Shown one piece after another: positions 8,199 to 15,819 of a DNA stretch of 64,000 nucleotides. The translations under genes and the position numbers were made by a program. The DNA is taken from positions 12,315 through 76,314 of the forward strand of contig JBAZEY010000002.1 in assembly GCA_041653675.1 (NCBI GenBank), given 5' to 3'. Every line of letters begins with the position of its first letter. The first letter of the stretch is position 1. This DNA is from Patescibacteria group bacterium (GTDB lineage Bacteria > Patescibacteriota > Patescibacteriia > XYB2-FULL-38-15). The notes under the pieces were generated by a model. That model had not been told where the DNA came from and made no database searches. It saw nothing but the letters and a program-made list of their open reading frames with translations.

Positions 8199-8849
8199 TT
8201 ATTTTTTCTCCTTTCTATACATTAAATAACTATAAACTGTAGTGATGATCACAACGGTAAACACGCTCGCAATTAAAACGACAAAGCTAGCAACGCTGCC
8301 AAAAAAAGCAGCCACTAAACTCGCTACCCCGGCTAGGACAAAAACCTTCCCGCCAAAATCGTGTGTCTTCTTCCAATTTTCATCCGAAACGAGAGTCCAC
8401 GGCGTCTTAATTCCAATAAAAAAATTTCTTTTAAGTTGTGGCAAAATCCATCCGATAAAACATAAAAGCAAAGAAAATGGAATTGCAAACATCAAGCTTC
8501 CTTGCGGCGGGCTAAAACGGACTGACGAGTAAAGCAAAAATATTTCTAAATATATAAAGAAGAACGCCAGAAAAATTTTAAAGTAAAGATACGGTTTGGC
8601 AAATTTTTCGTAATTTTTGCGAAAGGGGTCAATCAGCGGCAGAAACGACATAAGAAGATATGCCGCGAGAGCAATGCTTGGCATCAAAAATAAATTAATG
8701 TATTTTGATCCCCAACCATCAACCTCTCCCCTAATATTCCAATGTGTCGGCACGCGGTCGGCCATAGCAGGCGCCATATAAATTCCTACTGCGAAAATCA
8801 CAAGAATAAAAAAAATCATCAGCCAGTCTATTTTTCTCCAAAGTTTCAT
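8199..8849 (-). CDS. DUF1648/SdpI-family membrane protein
   Basis: N-terminal TM segment followed by VPTHWNIRGEVDGWGSK (DUF1648 signature), then further TM helices. Confidence 0.6.
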   Translation of the reverse strand: MKLWRKIDWLMIFFILVIFAVGIYMAPAMADRVPTHWNIRGEVDGWGSKYINLFLMPSIALAAYLLMSFLPLIDPFRKNYEKFAKPYLYFKIFLAFFFIYLEIFLLYSSVRFSPPQGSLMFAIPFSLLLCFIGWILPQLKRNFFIGIKTPWTLVSDENWKKTHDFGGKVFVLAGVASLVAAFFGSVASFVVLIASVFTVVIITTVYSYLMYRKEKK

Positions 8850-8905
8850 AAATTTATATTTATTTTTTAACCCATTCCTTTTAAAATTATATCATAATAT
8901 CGCGA

Positions 8906-8934
8906 TTGACAAAAGCGGACCCGTGTTCTAAAGT
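8906..8934 (+). promoter_or_regulatory. putative promoter of GC-rich cassette B1
   Basis: TTGACA (8906-8911), 17-nt spacer, TAAAGT (8929-8934). Confidence 0.5.
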
Positions 8935-8957
8935 TAAAAACCGGAAAGGAGGGAAAA

Positions 8958-9413
8958 ATGGACAACGAGGAAGAAGGGACGTTTGACGTAGAAGGACGGC
9001 GGGCGTTCGTTAGCCAACAGCTCCAAGATTACCGGATGTGTAACCCCGAGATTCGGCAAATCATCTACAAAATCTGGGGGCTGAACTCAATCCCCCAACG
9101 CCATGATTTCCTGGCGGCGATGTGGCCCCTCTTTCTAGGGCTGAAAAGCGTCACGAAGCTCTTGGGCGAACTCCCGATCATCCAAAAAGCCTCGGCCGAC
9201 CAGACCTGGACTGAACTCTACGAAGCTCCCGACAACGCTTTGGATGGTGAAGACTTCGATGAATTCCGCATCCCCATCGAAGTCGAATTCAAGATGAATC
9301 TGGCAGTATCGGTTAAGTCACCCGACGTCAAGCGGCGGGTCGAGCGTAACTTCGCCATGATTCTCCGGATGATCCAGATCGAACGGGGCGCGAAACCCAA
9401 CTCGTCCGTCTAG
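8958..9413 (+). CDS. hypothetical protein, GC-rich cassette B1
   Basis: AAGGAGGG 6 nt before the ATG. 151 aa. Terminator hairpin at 9433-9458 plus T-run. Confidence 0.55.
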   Translation: MDNEEEGTFDVEGRRAFVSQQLQDYRMCNPEIRQIIYKIWGLNSIPQRHDFLAAMWPLFLGLKSVTKLLGELPIIQKASADQTWTELYEAPDNALDGEDFDEFRIPIEVEFKMNLAVSVKSPDVKRRVERNFAMILRMIQIERGAKPNSSV

Positions 9414-9514
9414 CCAAGGAGGAACACGTACCGAGAGGCACCCCACGGGGCAGCCTCTTTTTTATTATTGAATGAGCGCCAATTACACGAAGTATTTTTC
9501 TAATATTCTTTCCC

Positions 9515-9543
9515 TTGACAAAAAAGATAAAATGATTTAAGAT
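9515..9543 (+). promoter_or_regulatory. putative promoter of GC-rich cassette B2
   Basis: TTGACA (9515-9520), 17-nt spacer, TAAGAT (9538-9543). Confidence 0.5.
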
Positions 9544-9571
9544 TTTTAGTTCCCTCGAAAAGGAGGATGCG

Positions 9572-10039
9572 ATGGAAACCATGAATAGCACGAAGCGCCA
9601 GAATTCCACTCGGAGCCAATACGACAATCTGTACGCTACCTTGCAAATGGAGGAATCTGCCGTGGCCGCGTGGCTTGAAGATACGCGGAACGGACTGATC
9701 GATATCTTCGGAGCGAATCCCGGCGAGGTCTGGGAAAATCTCGCTTTTCTCTACTATCTCTGGGTGCTCATCGATACTGTCCAGCAGATGCGCGAACGGA
9801 GGATGTTGCCCCAAATCAGCGATGACGTCTATGGACAGGCGTCGTCGGAATGGGACGACAAGGAAGCGCGAAGCATGGTGAAGCGAGAGATTCTCCATGC
9901 CCTGAACACCTTCCGGCACAATCTTTTCGCCAACTTCGAAGCACTGCTTCAAGGCAGCCCGGTCGAGAACGGCGGCGCCGAGGCGTACTGCCGAGGCGCG
10001 TTCACCAAGCTGCTCCGCATGGTCAGACTCTCTCAATGA
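9572..10039 (+). CDS. hypothetical protein, GC-rich cassette B2
   Basis: AAGGAGG 6 nt before the ATG. 155 aa. Terminator AGCATCC...GGATGCT (10078-10101) plus T-run. Confidence 0.55.
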   Translation: METMNSTKRQNSTRSQYDNLYATLQMEESAVAAWLEDTRNGLIDIFGANPGEVWENLAFLYYLWVLIDTVQQMRERRMLPQISDDVYGQASSEWDDKEARSMVKREILHALNTFRHNLFANFEALLQGSPVENGGAEAYCRGAFTKLLRMVRLSQ

Positions 10040-10116
10040 GATCAAAACCATCGAAGAAAGGAGGACAAAACAAAAGCATCCCCGCTTATGAGGATGCTTA
10101 TTTTTTACTTTTAAAT

Positions 10117-10515
10117 TTATGCCGCTCTTTTACCGCTAATTCTTTCTAACGTTGCTTGATGGGCTGCTTCTCGAGCCTTTTCTTTTTCTGTCGGCCCTTT
10201 CCTTTCTTTTAACATTTTAACCGCGGCATCGTAAACGCCTTTTTCAAATTCTTCCGGAGTAATTCTTCCTTCGTCGAGTTGTTTAATCCAAAACTCTTTA
10301 ATGCTGTGGGCGGCCATCGCGACTCGGCGTTCGTCTCCGCCTTCGCGCGCTAAAACTGATTTCGCAAAATCTTCCGGAGTCATTAATCCAGCAAGTAAGC
10401 TACCGACGTCGGTTTCTCTTTCCGCACTAGCGGCCTCGTGTTTTGATTCCATATTTTTATCTCCTTTCTTAATTAATTCCGGATCAAGTACTGGGGGCAT
10501 TCCTTCCCTAAACAT
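10117..10515 (-). CDS. hypothetical protein
   Basis: 132-aa ORF, charged/helical composition. Confidence 0.5.
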   Translation of the reverse strand: MFREGMPPVLDPELIKKGDKNMESKHEAASAERETDVGSLLAGLMTPEDFAKSVLAREGGDERRVAMAAHSIKEFWIKQLDEGRITPEEFEKGVYDAAVKMLKERKGPTEKEKAREAAHQATLERISGKRAA

Positions 10516-10578
10516 ATTTTATAAATTAAAAATTAGGAACATTTTATAATAGCACAAATTTAAAATTTTGACAAGACC

Positions 10579-11952
10579 CTAGGCCGCTCTTCTTTTCGCC
10601 GGCTTTCTTTTCTTCAATTCCATAACTTTTTCCGGCTTCATTTCCGGGGCTTTTTTCAAAACATCGATCGCGCCTTTTGTCTCGGCAATCCATTTTTTCA
10701 AGGCTTTTTCATCTTGGGCGGAAATTTCTTTAGCTGCCTTTTGCGATGCATAAGCCTCGCCAACTTTTTCCAGAGAATCCAGCATACGTTTCAGCTGCGC
10801 TTTGTTGCCTTTATCTCCCCTAGCGAAGAAAAGAGATTCTTCCATTATTGCCGAAAGATCTGGCTGGCGATCCTGAAATCCAGCAGAAATTTTTGGCGCC
10901 CATTGCCCAGTTTCTATTTTCTTTCGGTCCGCCGCAGAAATTGTTGCCGGTTTTACTTCTTCCCACTCTGGCGGCAATTCTTTTCCGGCTTTTTTCATTT
11001 TATCTAAAGATACTGGTTGAACTTCTGCTTCTTTCATTTCCTTTTTCACTGCATAAGCGCGCCCAATTTCTTCAAATTCTTCAGCTGGTGGCAAATCCAC
11101 CTTTCCAGTTTTTTTTGGTTCCCTTAGAGCGACGGGCTGAACGCTTGCTTTTTCCATTTCTGTCTTGACTTCATATTCTTTAGCTATCGCCTCGAATTCT
11201 TCAGCTGGTGGCAAATCTTTCGCACTTATCCTTTCGTCTCGAGTAGGTAACCCCAAATTTTCTCTTCCCGAAGGAGATTTTATTTGTTCCTTTTCTTTTT
11301 CTTTTTTAATTTCTACCAAAATATCTCTCTCGGCTTCGAGCAACTCCCGCATGTCTAGATTTTTTTCCAACCTTATATTACTTTCCAAACTTTTAATTCT
11401 TAAATCTACATCTCTTGCTGGCCTATCTTCATATTTTTCTTTGAGCTCATCTTCCATTGATCCTTTTTCAAGAATTTCTATATCCTCTCCTAAATCCGTT
11501 TTTGCCGCTTCCGCCTCTTGTTCAATTTGCGCCGCTTCGGCTTTTACTTCGGCAACAACCGGAGCCGCCTCTTCTTCTCTTGCTCCGGCGCGCGCCGCGC
11601 TCTCTAAAATTTTTGTCGGCATCTTCGCGCCCGCTTCTTTTACGGCGCTCACTTTCTCTTCGGCCGCGGCCTTTATGTCCCCTGCTGTTTCCTTGCTCGC
11701 TTCCCTTTCAGCCTCTTCTTTTTCCATCTGCTCTTCTTGTTCAAAATAATCATTCAAACGCTCCCAATAATTTCCAATGCCAAATTGATTAAAAAATCTG
11801 GAAACAGATCCTGGCTTCTTTAATTTTTTTTCTTTGCGGGCTATCTCAAATTCCTTCTGTTCAGCCTCAACGCCACCAGCATTTTTTGTTTCCTCTTTTT
11901 CTTTTTCATATTTATCCAATGCTTCATCTAATTCAAATTCTCTGGGTGACAT
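10579..11952 (-). CDS. hypothetical Glu/Lys-rich protein with internal repeats
   Basis: 457 aa. The repeated unit DLPPAEEFE.I...Y.VK.EM..A.VQPV.L occurs twice, plus a degenerate third copy. Confidence 0.6.
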   Translation of the reverse strand: MSPREFELDEALDKYEKEKEETKNAGGVEAEQKEFEIARKEKKLKKPGSVSRFFNQFGIGNYWERLNDYFEQEEQMEKEEAEREASKETAGDIKAAAEEKVSAVKEAGAKMPTKILESAARAGAREEEAAPVVAEVKAEAAQIEQEAEAAKTDLGEDIEILEKGSMEDELKEKYEDRPARDVDLRIKSLESNIRLEKNLDMRELLEAERDILVEIKKEKEKEQIKSPSGRENLGLPTRDERISAKDLPPAEEFEAIAKEYEVKTEMEKASVQPVALREPKKTGKVDLPPAEEFEEIGRAYAVKKEMKEAEVQPVSLDKMKKAGKELPPEWEEVKPATISAADRKKIETGQWAPKISAGFQDRQPDLSAIMEESLFFARGDKGNKAQLKRMLDSLEKVGEAYASQKAAKEISAQDEKALKKWIAETKGAIDVLKKAPEMKPEKVMELKKRKPAKRRAA

Positions 11953-11984
11953 AGTTTTTATTTAAAAAAAATTAAAATATAAAT

Positions 11985-12167
11985 TTAACTAAGGTTTAAA
12001 TTTTTGCGGATTTTTTCTATCTGCTCTGCTTCTATTTTTTTTATCGCCTTTTCCAAAACTGTCCTCTGGCGAAGCGATAAATCAGCCATAATTTTAGAGA
12101 ACTTTCGATAAGCCCCTTCTGCTTTTAAAATTTTCTCTTTTATAGATAAGTTTTTTTCTTCTGCCAT
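11985..12167 (-). CDS. hypothetical small coiled-coil-like protein
   Basis: 60-aa ORF. The ATG at 12167 directly abuts long-stem element copy 2. Confidence 0.4.
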   Translation of the reverse strand: MAEEKNLSIKEKILKAEGAYRKFSKIMADLSLRQRTVLEKAIKKIEAEQIEKIRKNLNLS

Positions 12168-12168
12168 A

Positions 12169-12299
12169 CCCCGTAGTAGAACTTCTACTTATTTATGAGA
12201 TTAAATTATTTCACTATACACCCGCATTAAAATCTTCGACACCATCATCTGCTCTTCCATTTGTTCGCCGAGGCGAACTGTCGAAGTTTCACTACGGGG
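12169..12299 (-). repeat. 131-bp long-stem element, copy 2
   Basis: Arms at 12169-12188 and 12280-12299. Contains a compensatory U-A to C-G change relative to copies 1 and 3. Confidence 0.8.
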
Positions 12300-12357
12300 C
12301 ATACTTGTGGATAGATATTATATTTATCTATTTTATCATATTTTTGAAAAGATGAGG

Positions 12358-13383
12358 CTATTGTAAATATTTTAATTTATTTGCCTTGTGCTCATCAAAA
12401 CTCCGGCTGTAAATTGTCTGGCCATCTTTGGCGTGTAAAAAATACCAATAGTCGTTGGCCTTTGGATAAACCGCCGCTCGAATAGCCTCTATCCCGGGAT
12501 TCCCAATCGGCCCCGCGGGCAAACCTCGATATTTGTAAGTATTGTAAGATGAATTAATTTTCAAATCATCGAGACTCGGCTGAGTTTCATATTTTCCGGT
12601 TGCGTAGTTTACGGTGGCATCAGATTGCAGGGCAATCCCCTCGTCTATTCTTCGCCAAAAAATATCGGCCGCCATGGCCATATCTTCTCCTCGCGCTTCT
12701 TTTTCAATAATCGAAGCCATCGTCACAATTTCAAAAATAGTTTTTTTCTGCCGCGAGATTTCCGTTCGAAAATCTGCCGTTAACCTTCGATCGAAATTTT
12801 CCAACATTTTTTTAATAATATGCTCGGCTACGGCAATATCTTCATCCTTATTGCCCAAAAGTTCCGCAGGAAATTCTTTATAAATCCGATACGTGTCGGG
12901 AAATAAATAACCCTCTAGTGTCGCGCCATTTGGCCTATCCTCTAAAAATTCATAATTAGTATTTTCTGGCTCATACTTTTTGGCCGCTTCCAGAAAAATA
13001 TCTTTTTTAACAACATCCTCATTTTCAAGATAGCTACCAATTTCTTGGTTGTTCCATCCTTCAAGAATTTTTATATCGCGCTCATTTATTTCACTAATCG
13101 AGGTCAAAACCGGAACTATTTCCCAAACTCTCATATTTTGTCGCAACTTATGTTCACCTGCCTTAAAATCACTCTGCACCTTTTTCAACCAAACATACGT
13201 TTCAAAAATAAATTTATTTCTAATAAAATTTTGTTCTGCTAGATGCTGACTAATTTCATGGACCCCTTCACCTTTTTCAATAACAAAAATTTTTTCCGCG
13301 GAATCATCGGACGGCGGTACAAAAATAAGCCAGGTGGAAATTATTAAAACAACAAGCACCACTAAAAAAATAATTTTTTTCAT
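12358..13383 (-). CDS. mltG: endolytic murein transglycosylase MltG (YceG-like)
   Basis: N-terminal TM segment. YceG motifs LEGYLFPDTY and YNTYKYRGLPAGPI.NPG. Confidence 0.9.
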   Translation of the reverse strand: MKKIIFLVVLVVLIISTWLIFVPPSDDSAEKIFVIEKGEGVHEISQHLAEQNFIRNKFIFETYVWLKKVQSDFKAGEHKLRQNMRVWEIVPVLTSISEINERDIKILEGWNNQEIGSYLENEDVVKKDIFLEAAKKYEPENTNYEFLEDRPNGATLEGYLFPDTYRIYKEFPAELLGNKDEDIAVAEHIIKKMLENFDRRLTADFRTEISRQKKTIFEIVTMASIIEKEARGEDMAMAADIFWRRIDEGIALQSDATVNYATGKYETQPSLDDLKINSSYNTYKYRGLPAGPIGNPGIEAIRAAVYPKANDYWYFLHAKDGQTIYSRSFDEHKANKLKYLQ

Positions 13384-13394
13384 AAAAATAAAAA

Positions 13395-14456
13395 TTACAA
13401 ATATTTTTTTAATCCTCTCTTCCCTAACTCATCTACAATTTTTTTTACCTCCCCTGCCCTATCTTTTGGACAAACAAGAAGCGCATCTTCGGTCAAAACA
13501 ACCACGATATCCTTCAAGCCAACTGCCGCGACCAATTTATCCTTCGGACCATACACTAAACAATTTTTCGTATCTATCAAAATATTTTCCCCTTTTGTTA
13601 CGTTCCCGTTTTTATCTCCCGGAATCATTTTTGAAATAATTTGCCATTTGCCCAGATCGCTCCAAATAAATTTTTCCGAGACGGCAACGGCAATTTTTGA
13701 TGCCTTATTTGTAATCGCTGATTCTATGGAAATTTTTTCTAGTTTAGCATAACTTTCCCCGCTCCCTCCGGCCGCTAACTTTTGACACGCACTGTACATC
13801 TTCGGCTGAAATTTTCTAAATAAATCAAGAACTGTTTTTAATTTCCAAATATACATTCCGGCGTGATAAAAATATTTTCCCGATTTAATTAAATTTTTAC
13901 AGCGATTAAGTTCTGGTTTTTCAATCCAGCCGCCAACTTCAAAAATTTTAGTTTTTCTGCTGCCATCTAATTTTTCGCCAATTTTTATATAACTGTATCC
14001 CGTGTCCGGCGAGTTCGGCTTCGCACCCGGGGTGACAATGTAGCCGGGATATTTTTTTAAAAAATTTTCCGCCGCGGCAAGCATCTCTCGGAAGGCGGCG
14101 GCATCGGAAATATAATCATCTGAAGGCAAACTCGCGATAATCGCCTCTTCCCCAAAACGGCGAGCTAAAACACAACACTCAAGACATATTGCTGGTCCAG
14201 TATTCCGCCCCGCTGGTTCCAAAATAATATTTTTGGTCGGCAATTCCTTAATTTCCCTTTTTAGCCTTACGGCCATTTTTCGATTTACGGAAATAAAAAA
14301 ATCTTCCTTATTTTTAAGAAGTGGTTTTACACGATTTACTGTGTCGCGGATAAGAGTGTTTTCCCCAACCAGAGCCTGAAATTGTTTTGGGTTATTCTCG
14401 CGCGAAGACGGCCAAAGCCTTGTCCCCGATCCCCCAGCCCTAATTACAATTTTCAT
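13395..14456 (-). CDS. mannose-1-phosphate guanylyltransferase / sugar nucleotidyltransferase
   Basis: MKIVIRAGGSGTRLWPSSRENNPKQF N-terminal nucleotidyltransferase signature. Confidence 0.8.
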   Translation of the reverse strand: MKIVIRAGGSGTRLWPSSRENNPKQFQALVGENTLIRDTVNRVKPLLKNKEDFFISVNRKMAVRLKREIKELPTKNIILEPAGRNTGPAICLECCVLARRFGEEAIIASLPSDDYISDAAAFREMLAAAENFLKKYPGYIVTPGAKPNSPDTGYSYIKIGEKLDGSRKTKIFEVGGWIEKPELNRCKNLIKSGKYFYHAGMYIWKLKTVLDLFRKFQPKMYSACQKLAAGGSGESYAKLEKISIESAITNKASKIAVAVSEKFIWSDLGKWQIISKMIPGDKNGNVTKGENILIDTKNCLVYGPKDKLVAAVGLKDIVVVLTEDALLVCPKDRAGEVKKIVDELGKRGLKKYL

Positions 14457-14459
14457 GAT

Positions 14460-14981
14460 TTAAATATTAAATATTTTTTTCCAATTAATTTTATTTACGG
14501 CATAAACCGCGAGTCCGGCCAAAACTATCCCTCCTAAAATATCCGTCGGGTAATGAACGCCGACATAAATTCTTGAAACGCTGACAAGTGCCGCAGAAAT
14601 TAATAAAACTATTCCTAGTTTTTTATTATACAAATAAATTCCAAATGCCATAGCAAAAGATAAAAAAGTATGGGCTGAAGGAAACGACCCGTCGGAAATT
14701 TTTCCTATCAAAAGATTGACATCGTGCACAAAAAATGGCCGCGGCCGGAAATAAATTAAATTAATTACAATTTTTGTTAGATAACTGAAAAAAGCCGCTA
14801 AAATAATTTCTAAAATTATAACTGTATCCGCGCGCCGATTGTTTTTATTAAAAATTGTCCAGGCGATAATCACAAAAGCCATAGCAAAAATTAAATATTC
14901 GGCACAAAAAATACCAAACCAATCTAGCGGCCACCACTTACCAGCGAAATTATTTATAAGCTGAAATAGATAAAAATCCAT
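14460..14981 (-). CDS. PAP2-family phosphatase (undecaprenyl-diphosphatase-like)
   Basis: PAP2 motifs SFPSAHT and SRIYVGVHYPTDILGG. Multiple TM segments. Confidence 0.85.
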   Translation of the reverse strand: MDFYLFQLINNFAGKWWPLDWFGIFCAEYLIFAMAFVIIAWTIFNKNNRRADTVIILEIILAAFFSYLTKIVINLIYFRPRPFFVHDVNLLIGKISDGSFPSAHTFLSFAMAFGIYLYNKKLGIVLLISAALVSVSRIYVGVHYPTDILGGIVLAGLAVYAVNKINWKKIFNI

Positions 14982-14988
14982 AATTAAT

Positions 14989-15807
14989 TTATTTCTGGCA
15001 ACTAGGACAAAAACTTGTCCCTCGCCCAGCCAATTTAATTGTTTTTACTTTTCCCCGACAACCAATGCACGGTTCTCCTTCGCGGCCATAAACTTTTAAA
15101 AATGGCGCATAGCCGCCCTTTCTTCCCGAAGCATCAACATAGGAATCAATCGAAGAACCGTGGCGCTCTATCGCGGCGGCAATAATTTTCCGCAAACAAA
15201 CATAGAGATTCTTAATTTCCGAGGCGGTTAGAGTAGAAACTTTTCTTGCCGGTAAAATTTTAGCACAAAAACATGCTTCTTGCGCGTAGATATTGCCAAC
15301 TCCGGCAATAAATTTCTGATCCATTAAAAGCGGCTTGATTTTCGCGTTTGGTTTTTTTGCCAATAAATTTTTAAAATCATCTTCAGAAAATTTTTGATCT
15401 AGCGCCTCTGGCCCAAAATTTTCCTTGGCCAAAAATTTTTCTATCTCATTGGTTTTCACTAACTTCGCGTAACCAAAAAGGCGAAAATCATAATGCCTTA
15501 ACTCATACCCATCAGAAAAAGTGTAAATAATATGCGGCTTGCCAGTCCCCTCTTTACCGTCGTAAATCAATTGCCCTGTCATTTTCAGATGAATCACAAC
15601 ACTCCAACCGTTGGATAAATCTAAAATCAAAATTTTAGCTCGACGCCTTAAATCCGTAACGCTTGCTCCGGTAACACTTTTTTCAAATTCTTTCGCCGGC
15701 ACATTAACCATTCTTGCTAATTCAACTTTAACGGATTTTATTTTTTTCCCTTTTATCCTGGCGATGAGCTGCCTTCTTATTGTTTCTACTTCTGGCAATT
15801 CGGGCAT
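14989..15807 (-). CDS. mutM: formamidopyrimidine-DNA glycosylase
   Basis: MPELPEVETIRR N-terminus. C-terminal zinc finger CIGCRGKV...FCPSCQ. Confidence 0.9.
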   Translation of the reverse strand: MPELPEVETIRRQLIARIKGKKIKSVKVELARMVNVPAKEFEKSVTGASVTDLRRRAKILILDLSNGWSVVIHLKMTGQLIYDGKEGTGKPHIIYTFSDGYELRHYDFRLFGYAKLVKTNEIEKFLAKENFGPEALDQKFSEDDFKNLLAKKPNAKIKPLLMDQKFIAGVGNIYAQEACFCAKILPARKVSTLTASEIKNLYVCLRKIIAAAIERHGSSIDSYVDASGRKGGYAPFLKVYGREGEPCIGCRGKVKTIKLAGRGTSFCPSCQK

Positions 15808-15819
15808 AGATATAAAAAT

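Noticed and set aside
9500-10051. 183-aa minus-strand ORF opposite cassette B2. Also 9328..9627 (-).
   Set aside because: There is no SD. These ORFs run antisense through the B2 promoter and coding region and have Arg/Leu-rich junk composition. The plus-strand ORF has full expression signals.
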